Positions 51,257 to 63,714 of a DNA stretch of 64,000 nucleotides are shown here, piece after piece (the stretch's first letter is position 1; each line of letters starts with the position of its first letter). This DNA comes from Octopus bimaculoides (taxonomy: Eukaryota): assembly GCF_001194135.2 (NCBI RefSeq), contig NC_068985.1:66768500-66832499 (forward strand), read 5' to 3'. The notes below the pieces were generated by a model, which did not search any database, had not been told where the DNA came from, and saw nothing but the letters and a program-made list of their open reading frames with translations. The translations under genes and the position numbers were made by a program.

Positions 51257-54149
51257 GTAAGTGCTTTTAATATAATCAATTCAAGAGGTTATAAGAGGAA
51301 ATTAATTAACACTCGGTTATGGATACGATGTAATATATCACTTATAAAATATAAATTATGAAATAGGAGGATGATTTATGAATATACGTGTGTATCACTG
51401 TATGTGTGCCGTATAAGGAGTCTGTGACTCGTACTCTGATAGCTGGTTCCTAAATGTAAGTAGTATTGAAATTAATACCATCGGTCTATTTGAGATATTT
51501 CTTTTGCTTAATGATATTTGCATACTATGCAAGTTACCTATCCGACAATCAATTGCAGTCTTCAAACGGTGGTATTTGGTCCGGGAGTTTTCAGCTGACT
51601 GCAGCAGTTTGTGTTGAAATATATCTCCAAATGTCATCACAGAAAATTTAAATCGGATTTCTTTTAAAAATGTAATAGAACTTTGAGAGTATTTTTTTTA
51701 TCATTTCCCGAAATTAGTGAATTGCTTAAAATTGATGCTCCTGACTTTGCTTTTATTTTCCATCTGGGATGGCTATGTGTGTTTCAATGTTTTGTGTACA
51801 TCATTCAGTAGAGCGCCCCATTAAACTTATTTAAGTTTAGGCCCTTTGCTTAACTTAGTTTTCCTTCTTAGCTAATTCAGTTTAAATGTGAGTATTTTTG
51901 TCAGAATTTTCTTAGTTTTAACGAATATTTTAATAGACAAACGTATGATAGTTGAAATGCTATCATGTTCTGAGAATTCTTGCGTTTAGTAATTAAGCAA
52001 ACTGTCATATTTTGAATTTAGTATACTAAAACATCGATAGTAACAAAAATGTGTGGGTTTGATCGGCTGTGGTTTTGAGTGCAATGCTAAAAGCAAGTTT
52101 TTAGTGTAAGGATAATTTTCGCGTAAAACTTCCTATTTGTGGAGTTTAAATGAGTGGCGTTATTGGAATCTAGTAGAAATCTAATCAGTAGTGTAGTTAA
52201 AAACTTGCATGACATTTATATTCAATGTATATTTGGATGCTAGTGCTTTTCATTTCATTTTTATTGTTTCTAAAGCGCCATACAGCGATGTGTGTACTGA
52301 ATCGTATTAAATACGTTGTTAACAATTCTGATTAAACTTAGATTTCACCTTACTCACGACTAATATTGCGTTTGTCATATAACTAAATATCGAACATACA
52401 GTTTGAGTACAATGCACCTGATTACACAAACCGATTCATATTACATATATACACAACATTTATGATGTGCATATTTCAATCATCATCGTTCACATCACAG
52501 CGTATAGGTTTCATACTTTTCATTTCACGTTTTGCATCAAAGGAGATCATCGTAATATATACCGATTGTAATAAAGTTTGCTCCATCCATGTCGATATAT
52601 ATCTATTCTTATTTGAAAGCACCTTAGAATTTTCTTTTCACACACAGCCATTTCAACTTAAAATTCTATATAATTCTAAACGATACCGCACAAACATTGA
52701 AACCTTTGGATTTTCAAATTCGATTGTTATATTTTCAATCACATGTATATATTTGCATATTCAAATTGCTATTATTCGAATCAACGTCATTTAGGTAAAT
52801 GGTAAATTTAGATAAGTATAGGGTGGATTATTTCACGTTTGATGTGCTAAATATTAATATTTGTAGGGACAAAAGGAGAGGAATGAAAATACCAGATAGA
52901 TAATGTTAATGAGACGACAGATTGCACGAAACTAGAGTGGGCAACAAAATAATCAATGTGGCGGTTACGTTTCGTTTGAAGACAGATTTGTAACGATAAT
53001 TCAGGCAATTTAGAAATAAAAGTTATTCTATGTTGCTAAGTCTATTGATCGTTTTTATGTATCACTGTTATACAAGAAAGCTTACAAGTTATTGATATTT
53101 ATCTGCGTTAATATAATATCCTTATCCTGCAATTGTGTTGCTAACATATATTTTACCACTTACCTTAATCGAGGGTCGTATACGCTATTTATATTTAAGT
53201 TTCTCCATAAAGAAATCAAATTTCATGCATTCTTTCTATTTCTTATTGCCTATTCACTTCCTTTTGTTGTAAATTATAGAGGAGATTCAGATTATCTGCA
53301 ATATTTTATGCTGCAGACCTTACAGGGTTAGTAACCATGCTATGACTTTCATTATTTCTCCTTCTACTTTGGCAGTGATTAGGGCTACAACTTAACACCA
53401 AACACAATAACATCAATTTCGGTCCAAAGTAGCTTTATTGCCATTTAAGGTTCGCTGAAAATTAGTAAACCTTATACACATAACTCAAGTTAAACTATAT
53501 GATAAAATCTGTCAAGATCATTAATTACGCCTAATTAAATGGAATGTACTCTGCTACAGCTAGCTCTCATCTTGTCCATTGGCAAGTTGAAGGCTAATTC
53601 ATTATATTCGAAGCAGTGTTAACAGTCATTGGTATTAAATGTCTTTCAAGCAGGAAAATGACCACTTATTCAGCAACCTCTACTATCTAATGAGAATAAA
53701 ATTTAATACATATTTGTCAGAAGAGATAGCTGTAGAAATTATCTCATGCATTGAAATGCACATTATTTCCTTGGCATTCACTTTTCAAGGGCAGTAATAT
53801 TAATGTCACAAGAGGCTATCACATACCTACAAAAAGAGTTTGCAGACAATGACAGTATCTCTGTATATTCAACCACGTTGCTACAATAGCAGCAAAACCT
53901 ATCTGAAACTATATATTATCCTCTAAATAATGTAGGACGTTATTAACATGGGAGTTCTGCAATGAAAACCGAGATGGTTTCGGCTTAAATATACCCACTA
54001 CTAACGTTATTACACTAATATTGTCTTGGGGCAACATTAATATTAAGGAAACGTATATATCACGTCTCCAATGAATTTGCGGTAAGTGAACCATTATTTA
54101 AATATTCGTGAATGTATTTTGATTGCTAATAGAAACTCGGAGAAATAAA

Positions 54150-54520
54150 TCCATCCATTCATTTCTTTTTTCCATCCACAGTCCCAGGGAGGGTTATGGA
54201 GGTTGAGTCCTCAATCATATCCTGCATAGAGTATTACTAGAGTCCCCTATTATTACAGTTTTCGTCTGAATTCCCAAGAGTATCCAAATGAAATTATGAA
54301 TATTATACAACCATCTCGTCTACAAACAAACCAGCGTACACCTCTAAGCAATATTCTGAAGATTTCTCGAAGACCTCCCGTTGAGTGAATATCTAGTCAG
54401 TTGTGTCCCGTCCATGATAGAATCTACTCTGTTCTTGAGCTATCTCTGGCTCAACAATTTCCCTACACCTCATTTCTAGACATCTAGCTTAGTTTTATCG
54501 GGGAGTCTCCGAGTCTCCAC
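54150..54520 (-). mobile_element. RTE-clade LINE remnant (RT N-part joined to a GGAT-tailed 3' end)
   Basis: Minus strand EIVEPEIAQEQSRFYHGRDTTD*IFTQREVFEKSSEYCLEVYAGLFVD (compare EEQCGFRPGRSTTDQIFTL.Q.FEK.WEY...Y..FVD); ends gaatggatggat. Confidence 0.7.
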
Positions 54521-54537
54521 AAAAGATTCTCTCTCTT

Positions 54538-54594
<57 letters not shown>

Positions 54595-54649
54595 TTTATT
54601 TCACCGTCCCAATGAAAACATGAAACTCCCTATAGCAATGCCCAGATGT

Positions 54650-54990
54650 TTGTATTATAGTATTTAGTGCAATCTCGAAACATTTCATTGTGGGTGATGC
54701 TGGGATTATTGCCATTAATTTTTATGAACAGGATTGACATGTGCGCTTTTTGTGGAAGTAATATCACAATCGATGAGTGAAGAATCGATCAGCCGTTATT
54801 TGCAGACGATGTGGTGCTATTTGGCTTGTGAGAAGGTGGTCTCCAGCATGCAGTGAATGAGTTGCCTGCAAAGTGATACACGGCAATGATTAAAATTTAT
54901 GTTGGGAAGACTGAGATATCAGCTTTGCAGCTTAATGGAACATGACTATGGCAAGTGGAGAAGTTTAAGTATCTCGGTCACATATTCATG
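54650..54990 (+). mobile_element. RTE-clade LINE RT core fragment
   Basis: SKHFIVG...IFMNRID...RIDQPLFADDVVL...LQHA...KTE...QVEKFKYLGHIF. Confidence 0.78.
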
Positions 54991-55418
54991 CTGTAGGAGA
55001 GAAAAAAAGGAGAAGTAATAAACAAATAAACAAAATACAGAAATCTTTCCTTTTGTAGAATCTTATGAAAAGGTTGATATAATTTCAAAGTTTTTAGTAG
55101 CAATTTACTTATAAAATTTTGACGTGTAAATTTAAAATGAAACATTTTTTATACTTAACAATATTAAAATGAAAGATGACCAAAAATATACCCATGAAGA
55201 ATATGGGCAGGTAATTATAAGATAGCAATTCTTTGATCCCCGTTAATTCTTTGAGCCCTGTTAATTTACGGGGATCAACAGAGGTTGTGAAGCGCTGGCG
55301 AAAGATAAATACAGACACAAGGAACACATGTCCGAACACACGCACACACACAGACACACACGCACACATACACAGACACACAGACACAGACACAGACACA
55401 CATACACACTTATATTTA

Positions 55419-55528
55419 CGACTGGCTTCTTTCAGTTTCGGTCTACTTAATCAGCTTATAATGATTTACTTGGTCTTGGGCTATAGTAGAAAACACTTGC
55501 GCAAGGTGCCACGCAGTGGGACTGAATC
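55419..55528 (-). mobile_element. Decayed CORE-like SINE head
   Basis: cgactggcttctttcagtttc...gggctatagtagaaaacacttgcgcaaggtgccacgcagtgggactgaa. Confidence 0.8.
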
Positions 55529-55811
55529 AGAAGAGGAATTGATATCCAATGAATGCTGAAAATCCCATCCAAAAATATTGAAAAGAATAAAACCTTACAA
55601 CAGAAGCCTGAAATGATGTTGAAACACAGATCTGCGAGCAGCTGAAGCAAATCATTCATGCATACTCGACTCATTAAAATTTGCAACCAAGCATCACCAA
55701 AGGTATGTTGGATACTGAAGTTCAATAATCTCAATAACTAATATAAAAAAATGAATTTTCTATGACCCGAAGTCATTTGATGATGGATACTTGCATGTAT
55801 TGCTGTTATAT

Positions 55812-55898
55812 TTTATCTTTTACCTGTTTCAGTCATTAGATTGCAGCCATGCTAGGGCACAGCCCTGGAGAATTTTTAGTCGGATGTATCTACCTCAG
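55812..55898 (-). mobile_element. Decayed CORE-like SINE 3' tail
   Basis: tcttttacctgtttcagtcattagattgcagccatgctagggcac matches 13201-13250. Confidence 0.65.
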
Positions 55899-56263
55899 GG
55901 ATTATGAAAGACAAAGGAAGAATAATCCATGAAAACCCTAAGTCCCAAAATAAGCCGTAAATAATTAATACTACCACTTCTACAAAAAATAACTTCCTGT
56001 TTCAGACACTAACCAAGAGAACGTGTGTTTGGAAAGTTTAACTGAACGCGCTCACACATATTAGGAAAATATTTTTTTCTGAAAAGGTTAGTAACATTTT
56101 GATCAAAGATTTCATAACATTTAAAAAAAAATTATTTTAAAAGAAATCCCCATTATACTTATAAACTTTATAAAGAAATTGTTGGGAAGTCTTTCAAATG
56201 TATATATATANNNNNNNNNNNNNNNNNNNNNNNNNNNNNNNNNNNNNNNNNNNNNNNNNNNNN

Positions 56264-56305
<42 letters not shown>

Positions 56306-57717
56306 GCATATGCGTACGTGTTTATTTTTGAATCTATGAGTGTTGCATTTACACGTTTGTGATTGTTGTGGTTTTGATTCCCCGTTCTATTCTTATTCCC
56401 ATTACTGGGAAACTGGAACAGATTACGAATGGCGAGGGACATAGGTAAATCGTTGTAGTTAAAAGGGATCGAACATGTTATGCATTACGTAGGTATTAAC
56501 TTACTGTAATACTTACTGTTGTTTCGGTCTTGTGTGTGCTACTCTTATGTTATACACAGAACAAAAAAAAGCAACTATAATATTAACAAATGTCATTCAA
56601 GCTCAATCAATGATGTGAAATCTTCTGAAACAACAATAACAACGTCAATAACAGCGTTCGTGAATATAGGGAGTGATTAAGAAACTTAAAACAGAAAGGT
56701 TCAGCTAAATTGACATCCGAAATAGGTAGGGAGGCGTTTGGCTGGTTTATTTCAACGAAATGACGATCGTGGAGAAACACTGGTCGATGTTGCGTCTCGT
56801 TATCTAATTAGAGTTGGTTTTATAACAGTAGTCCTAGTTATGGTAATATATCTGCTGGGCAGTTATTGCTTTCACTGTTTCACTCTATATTCCTGTCCGC
56901 TGTGCGCATGTAGATACATTATTTATGCTTCATGTATTCCTGTACGTGTGAGGTACGTAATCGTATATTTAGCTTATTGTGTACACAAGTGAGTGTGTTG
57001 GTGTGTCGGTTGTAAAAATTTACGACCGTAAAATACAGAAACAGTTCATTAGCGCCTGAAGCGAATTTCGAAAACAATTTGGACAGAAGGCAAGCAAGTA
57101 TAACACTAAGGGCAATCTTTAAAACAATGATGCAAAGATCAGAAAAAGGGACATACTGTAGAAAACATACAGCGGTAATACAAAGTGACAGAATTAAATA
57201 AATTATGCGGAAACGAAGGAGTGATGTTGGTGATGCATGAGCAACATAAGCAGTAGGTATCTAAGAAAGGAGAAACATAATAAGTAGTAGAGAGATTGCT
57301 TTCTCGGTCACGGATTTAGTAGTTGATAAAGAGATAAATGAATTATAAATGAATTACAATCCCTTACAACACTATGACCCCACTATGCTCCATGCGATTC
57401 TTATAAGTTGTAGTCTATTCCTAGGTCAAGCATGAATTTCATCTATATTCTTACTCTATTAAAAATATTTAAGAAACATTATATTGACGTGTCCTACTTG
57501 TTAAAATCCTTTTATTTATTTGTGCAGCTGAAGATAGAATTTCATATAAATTGATGTAATGATTGCATTGTTCAATTAAATGGAGCAGCTTGAAACGCTC
57601 GTACTGTTATCCTGTTGCTTATTCTGATTTTATTCTCCTTCGAGGTGTGCGGATAACACCGTACTGACTTGGTGCTTCAACTTAAGTATCGAATTCAACT
57701 GAATCTTAATTATTTCT

Positions 57718-57749
<32 letters not shown>

Positions 57750-57859
57750 CAAACATACACATATACATATATATATATGCACTACGAAAAACATCGAAGA
57801 CACCTGTTCACTTTATAGCAAAGTATTGCAAACTGGAATTAGATTGAAAAATGACTGCC

Positions 57860-58240
57860 AAGATCACTCAGAAGTGCATTTCACTAATAGTATCTACGCA
57901 TAATGCTCCAGATACTTACAGGAAGGGACAAAATCACAAACTCTGAAGTTCTGAGAAGAGCAATTCAGGACTGTCTGCAGAAGAGTATGGAGGATAGAAG
58001 AATGTGTCATGTTTCCGGATTGCCAAACGAACAAATACTCAAACCGGCTATACAGTGGGTACCGCCAGAGATCCACAGGAAAAGGGAGAGACAGAAAAAG
58101 ACATGGTGCGTTAACGTAAAAGAAGATTTGAAGCAACTTATTAGCCTCTGGCAGGAGGCACATGACTATGTTCAAAACGAAGATTATTGGAAACGTTTTG
58201 CTACCCGATATACAGTCCAATTGTACGCGTGGAAGAAAAA
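57860..58240 (+). mobile_element. RTE-clade LINE 3' end
   Basis: RDKITNSEVLRR...HV...IQWVP...RKRERQKKTW...VKEDL matches the RTE C-terminal signature W.D.ITN.EVL...W.P...R.RGRP..TW. Confidence 0.8.
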
Positions 58241-58667
58241 AATATGGTAAGTATAGTAAGACGTCAATTTAGAAATTGATTTAAGGTTAGTTAGTTATTC
58301 AGCAAATAAAAATTTTGGTTCATATATCAGGCCTTACAATACTGGAAAGCTCACTGAAAAAGATGAAGTAACAGCCTGTTAATAACGATCATGCAACGAG
58401 CGAATTCGTTGGATTTACCCACTCGATGGTAATTGTTTGGTAAAATAAATCATATGAAGTGCTAACGTGGAAACAAACAGCACAAATGAAGCCAAGATAT
58501 ATATTGCACATATGTTTTCTTCATTTATATGACCCCCCCCCCCCCCATCAAATTACCACTTGAATGACCGGAAACTTGAAACTCAGAGTGTTGATATATC
58601 AAAGAACAATATACATTGAGGTATTGAGTTCTATGAAATATAATTTTTCCGTAAATCAACACTCAGA

Positions 58668-58694
58668 TATGTATGTATGTATGTATGTATGTAT
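58668..58694. repeat. (TATG)n microsatellite, tail of the Dong/R4 copy
   Basis: Direct reading. Confidence 0.95.
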
Positions 58695-59524
58695 TTCATT
58701 GTTTATTTTCATTTCAAGATTTCTTGTCAATACAGAAAGAGCCGGTTTCTAACCTAGATCCAAGGTTCCTTCGTTGGAATTTCAACTTCAACAACAATAG
58801 TATTTTTGTTCGTACCTATGTATTTATGTTTGGTTTGAATATGTGAAAATTTGTGTTTTGTTTTATGTATATATTCTCATCTATATAATTACATGTCTAG
58901 ACATGCGCATATATATTCAAATGATAAACTTCTGGAAAGTTTTGCAGATTTTTACAGTTCTAGTGATGGATTGGATCTGTAGTCTTCAAATTAACCTTCT
59001 CCTTTTTGGTTTTGAGAAGCCTAATTCCTCAAGATTGATATTTAGGCAGGGTCCCAATAATTATAGGTATAATTTTGAACTTTAATTTGGATAGAGTAAC
59101 TGCAGATTTCTTAATAGTTCAGCGTAAATATTCTCTTTTCGCTGATCGTCAGCTTCATGTTGACATCCCCTGGGCAGCTAATTTCCACAATGGTCCACAG
59201 TTTCTCTTCTCTAACCCAAATCATTATATCAGGTCTGTTGTGTTTCTATTTCATTGAGGTCTTCACTGGGACATTCCATCTGTATTCCTTTACATTATGA
59301 GTGGCTATGGCAACTGCAGATTCTTATTTGTTTGTCCTCGGGGTTATCCTTCCGACGGATTTCATTATAGAGTCTCCTAACTACAACATCATATCTCATC
59401 GGTAATACAGTGATGACATTTTTGCACAACTGCTTATGATGTGGGCAATAACCTCTGTGTTAACTCCACAAAGTCTGCATCGGTTGTCACATCTTACAGT
59501 TTTTCCTGCATCTCTATCCCTTCT
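58695..59524 (-). mobile_element. Dong/R4-type element, 5'-truncated: CCHC finger, REL endonuclease, 3' UTR
   Basis: CDNRCRLCGVNTEVIAHIISSC, PMRYDVV, WNVPVKTSMK*KHNRPDIMIW...IVEISCPGDVNM...ELLRNLQ; 3' UTR ends in (CATA)n. Confidence 0.9.
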
Positions 59525-59529
59525 GTATG

Positions 59530-59563
<34 letters not shown>

Positions 59564-59597
59564 TGTATGTATGTATGTATGTAGGTACGTATGCATG
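59525..59597. repeat. (TATG)n microsatellite between two Dong/R4 copies
   Basis: Direct reading. Confidence 0.95.
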
Positions 59598-62075
59598 TCT
59601 TCTATTTTTAATCACTAAAATCCTTCCCCTGAAGCAGGAGCTGGTTTCTACCAAGGAACTGGAATGTAGATAACAAAAACTATGTGTTATTTCCCGCCTA
59701 TTGATTGCATTTGTAATGTGCGAATAAGTTGGCTGATTTCTTTTTCTGAAAATCCAAGCTCATCCAGATTGAGAGTTAAGCATTAACTCACAAATCGAAG
59801 TGCTCCAATTATTATTGGTATATTTGTAAATTAGCAATCTGGATAGAGAAGCTGGAAGCCTCGAAGCAGTTCTTCGTAGTTATCGTTTACCTCTTTGATT
59901 TTCAAAGAGATATTCATATTGATGCGACCACCGAAAAACAAAATAACGTTATGTCCCTATTTCCCGAGCTGTGTTTGAAACCGTATTCTGGTTCTTGATG
60001 ACAATGGTATTTCTTTTGTCCTGTCAACAACCACAGTTATTTTTAGCGTAGGTGTGATCGATGACCCTTTCCGGTCATCGAAAGTTCAGAAAAACAAGTT
60101 AGGAACTGTACTAAACTGACCCAGCTGTGGAGGGGGTAACGTAGCACTGTTGGGTACGGTATCTCTCATAAATACGGGAGCAGAGAGTTGGTATCGAGCA
60201 TTTGGCGAAAACAAAATCAGTGGATGAAGAACGCGAGTTCGGTGTGAAGGCCAGCAGCCAGTAGAGCAGTGAAGATGGACAGAGCGGTCGGTGATAAGTC
60301 TGACAGAAAGAGACTAAAAGAGAGAGGCTATGGTCAGAAGGTACCAGTCAGCAGAAATGGATAGAGTCAGAGAGAGAGGGACAGAGAGATGGAACTGTTG
60401 TGGCAGGCAAATGATTGTAGTAGGCCACATTGGTCACTTCTTGTGGATTGTAGTGGGAAATTTGAAGGAAAGGAAATTCTTGCGGTGAAGGTTTGTGTTT
60501 GAATTTCTTTAAAGGAAAAATGTACTTTGTTGTTACATGTTTTAAAAGAAAAAGAGATTTTGTTAACTGTGATGTTAACTAGCAGAAAGAAAAGAAAGAA
60601 CTTTGCTAACTCTTGCTAAATGGTAGAAAAGAAAAGAAAGAACTTTGTGGTGACATGTTGTTCAAAGTAAAGAAAACAAAGAAGTAAAAGAACTTTTAAT
60701 TGACTTGATATACGAACTCTGATTGTAAACTTTTAATTATGTTAAATACTTGGAGACTGTTGTTACATGTATTATTGAATTGTTATGCAATGTTTTGTAT
60801 TGTGAAGTAAAGAAAAAAAAGTTAGTTTCACTACGCAACGTGTGGTCCGTGTTATTTGTTCCTCCTTGCCTGTTGTCTTAGTTACGTGCTCCGGCTGGGC
60901 TTATTAGTCGTGGCGAACATCCCGACTCACTAAGCGTCGACGTTCGCGCGCGCGCGCTTTCTCTTCGTTGAGGTGCTTCGTGTGCGGGCGTTCGTAACAA
61001 TATCAATACGACTGCTTACCTCTGTGACGGTACATACATTTACTTTTCTGCTCCAACCAATATCCAGCCAGTTATTCTTGCATTTGACAGATGTTTTTGA
61101 TGGGAATGTCCCATCAGAAATCCTTGTGGAGATATTTGTATACGTAATCAATAATGGGGATTCTCTATATTCATTCCAACACAGACTTTTTTCTGAATAG
61201 CATTATATATTGTTTATACGACGACGCTGTTGATGACATTTTGGAGCAGCTGCTGATCACATGTGTGATGTTCTTAACAGAAATATGACATTATCTACAT
61301 TTACAGTTGCATCTTGGATCTCCAAGGGCTTCACTGTCACTTTTGTTGATTAGGAATTTAATAGCAATCTCCTGTTCTTGGATTGCAAACGCATAGCCTT
61401 CGAAGTGCGATGTGACGAAGCGGCCACGAGTCCAAAAGAGGGTTTGCTTCATGTCATTATTACTATCTTCATGAGGTTTTTGAGAAATATAACTATGCAT
61501 GGTGTTTCTTTTTTTTTGGTATGCTGAGCGTTTCACCTCCAGGTCTACTTGGAGGCATGCTAGTCCTGCTGATTTCGGGTTGTATGAGAGGTTATTAGAA
61601 AGAGAGTCCTTCCTGAGTTGCTCACTTCCAATACGTAAGACATTTTTTTCATCACCTTTCAGCACTAGGTTAATATATTTATTTTTGGTGCTGTTATTTA
61701 GCAAGTGGTGTCTGAGAAAGATTATGCGACATTCAAAGGCTGTAAGCCCTAACCTCAGGCCTCTACCTCCTTTATCTCATCTTAAGTAGAGCCTGTCGAT
61801 ATCAGTCCGTAGAGATTTCCCGCTGTTTGAATGTTGCGGGTTTTAATGTCTATAAAGTGGATTACTTTTGCAGACAAGTCATGAATCTCAAATTTTGGAA
61901 CTGCAAATGCATTGTGGCATATTGTCATGTTATAAGAGGAAAATTCAGACTTCCATATGTTTCTTAGTCTGGTGTAATATTCCTGGGTTACTCTATCTTT
62001 ATTCACAGTACCTTTGTTTGATATATTTTCATCAATGCCTAGGAGCCTGTACCATTCTTTGTTTGGGGCATTAAT
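59598..62075 (-). mobile_element. Dong/R4-type element (post-RT region to 3' UTR), interrupted by a solo LTR
   Basis: LLGIDENI...NKDRVTQEYYTRLRNIWKSE...HNAFAVP, DIDRLY...GGRGL, FEGYAFAIQEQEI, CKCR...ITHVISSC, VTEVSSRID | MNISLKIKE...YEELLRGFQLLYP...IPIIIGAL...LGFSEKEI. Confidence 0.9.
59920..60999 (+). mobile_element. Solo LTR (1,080 bp, probably Gypsy-type)
   Basis: Starts TGATGCGA, ends TCGTAACA (imperfect IR, TG...CA). ATAT target-site duplication at 59916-59919 and 61000-61003. Removing it restores the Dong frame R-I-D-M-N-I-S-L-K. Orientation is inferred from a TATA-like ATAAATA near 60167. Confidence 0.85.
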
Positions 62076-62600
62076 CTATACCCTTCTCATTTTCCCTATT
62101 TGTCTCCGATGGCGGAATAACTCATACTCTATAATATCCCAGGAACAGTTGTAATAATTTTGAATTTTTCACAATTATATTTCCGCTGTATTGTCCTTTT
62201 TCACAATTTTATATCCGCTGTATTGAAAATCAACAATGGTTCCAACATACTAGAAACAGTATACATATTAGCTAAGAAATATTTGTCACCTCAATGTTAT
62301 CCTTACCAAAATACAGAATTTAAAATTTCATCTAATAAAGGCAACACTAACTCAATTTCCATCTGATCTGCGTTCATTGACTACCTGCTTAATCTACAAA
62401 CACTCTCCACTGGATCCTAAACCACAATATTAAAAAGCTAAATATTTACAAAATATGCCGCGACGCAAAATTGATGTGCATACAATTTATATGTGCTTAC
62501 AATTTTGAATACTAAACTCACCATATTTAACCGGTATTAAAATTTGCATGCGAAACCAAGATAGAGGTTTCCCAAACCACACAGAAATCAGCATACAGGC

Positions 62601-62763
62601 AGGTGCAGTAGTGGCTATGTGGAAAGTAGTTTGCTTACAATCCACATGGTTCCGGTTTCAGTCCCATTACATTGCACCTCGGGCAAGTGTCTTCTACTAT
62701 AGCCTCAGGCCGAGCAAAGCCTTGTGAGTGGATTTGGTAGACAGAAACTGAAAGAAACCCGTC

Positions 62764-62765
<2 letters not shown>
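62601..62765 (+). mobile_element. tRNA-derived (CORE-like) SINE head
   Basis: aggtgcagtagtggctatgtggaaag (A-box region), ggttccggtttcagtccc (B-box-like), cctcgggcaagtgtctt, ending aaacccgtcg then (TA)n. Confidence 0.88.
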
Positions 62766-62802
<37 letters not shown>

Positions 62803-62904
62803 GGAGTAAGCACATGAAATGTGCAACAAGGTGGAAAAAAAGAGTACTCAAATACCAGAGGTAGAGTAATATGCTTTATTTAAAAGCAGCAGAAATATAA
62901 CAAC

Positions 62905-62950
62905 AAAACCGTTACTCTGAGTTTCACGTTCTCGTTCATCGGACGGTTTT
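62905..62950 (-). ncRNA. Type I hammerhead ribozyme, CCGAUGA-core family (copy 2)
   Basis: Minus strand AAAACCGT-CCGATGA-ACG AGAA CGT-GAAAC-TCAGA-GTA-ACGGTTTT; perfect 8-bp stem I and 3-bp stem II. Confidence 0.78.
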
Positions 62951-62956
62951 GTTAGA

Positions 62957-62998
62957 AACTGTCCGATGAACGGGAACGTGAAACTCAGAGTAACGGTT
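62957..62998 (+). ncRNA. Type I hammerhead ribozyme, CCGAUGA-core family (copy 3)
   Basis: AACTGT-CCGATGA-ACG GGAA CGT-GAAAC-TCAGA-GTA-ACGGTT; GNRA-capped stem II, one U-G wobble in stem I, predicted cleavage after 62992. Confidence 0.78.
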
Positions 62999-63611
62999 CT
63001 TTTGTTATATTTCTGCTGCTTTTNNNNNNNNNNNNNNNNNNNNNNNNNNNNNNNNNNNNNNNNNNNNNNNNNNNNNNNNNNNNNNNNNNNNNNNNNNNNN
63101 NNNNNNNNNNNNNNNNNNNNNNNNNNNNNNNNNNNNNNNNNNNNNNNNNNNNNNNNNNNNNNNNNNNNNNNNNNNNNNNNNNNNNNNNNNNNNNNNNNNN
63201 NNNNNNNNNNNNNNNNNNNNNNNNNNNNNNNNNNNNNNNNNNNNNNNNNNNNNNNNNNNNNNNNNNNNNNNNNNNNNNNNNNNNNNNNNNNNNNNNNNNN
63301 NNNNNNNNNNNNNNNNNNNNNNNNNNNNNNNNNNNNNNNNNNNNNNNNNNNNNNNNNNNNNNNNNNNNNNNNNNACAAGACAGGAAAACGAAACGGTGAA
63401 ATAAACAATCAAAAAGGCTGTACAGCCAGACGTGGAGAAGTGTGTGTGTATTGAACGCTGTGAAGCACGTACTGGAGAGGCGAAGAAATGCGTGCGAAGC
63501 TTGGGGAGTCCAAGACCGAAAAGAAATAGCAACCGGACATACGTGACCAGTGAGGGGTAGGGAGAAAGAGTAGCAGAGGGAGAAGAAGGGGAGGAAGTAG
63601 AATATAAGTGA

Positions 63612-63714
63612 GCAACGAGAGGTAGAGAGATAGTAGTGACGGTGAGAGGCGAAGGACGCGCAACGAGAGATAGAGAGAGTTAGAGAGAGATAGTAGTGAC
63701 AGGGAGAGGCGAAG
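63612..63714. repeat. Imperfect purine-rich tandem duplication (about 50-60 bp unit, 2 copies)
   Basis: caacgagag...agagagatagtagtgac.g.gagaggcgaag occurs twice. Confidence 0.75.

Larger units (their letters stand above)
62799..63023. mobile_element. Hammerhead-bearing non-autonomous element (PLE-terminus-like) with a 142-bp palindrome
   Basis: Arms 62882-62950 and 62956-63023 are reverse complements with 4 mismatches over 68 bp. The right arm runs into a gap; the left end TACCGGAGTAAGCAC abuts (TA)n. Confidence 0.75.

Noticed and set aside
62601-62680. SINE heads as tRNA genes
   Set aside because: Only A/B-box-like remnants, no cloverleaf, and they continue into the SINE body.
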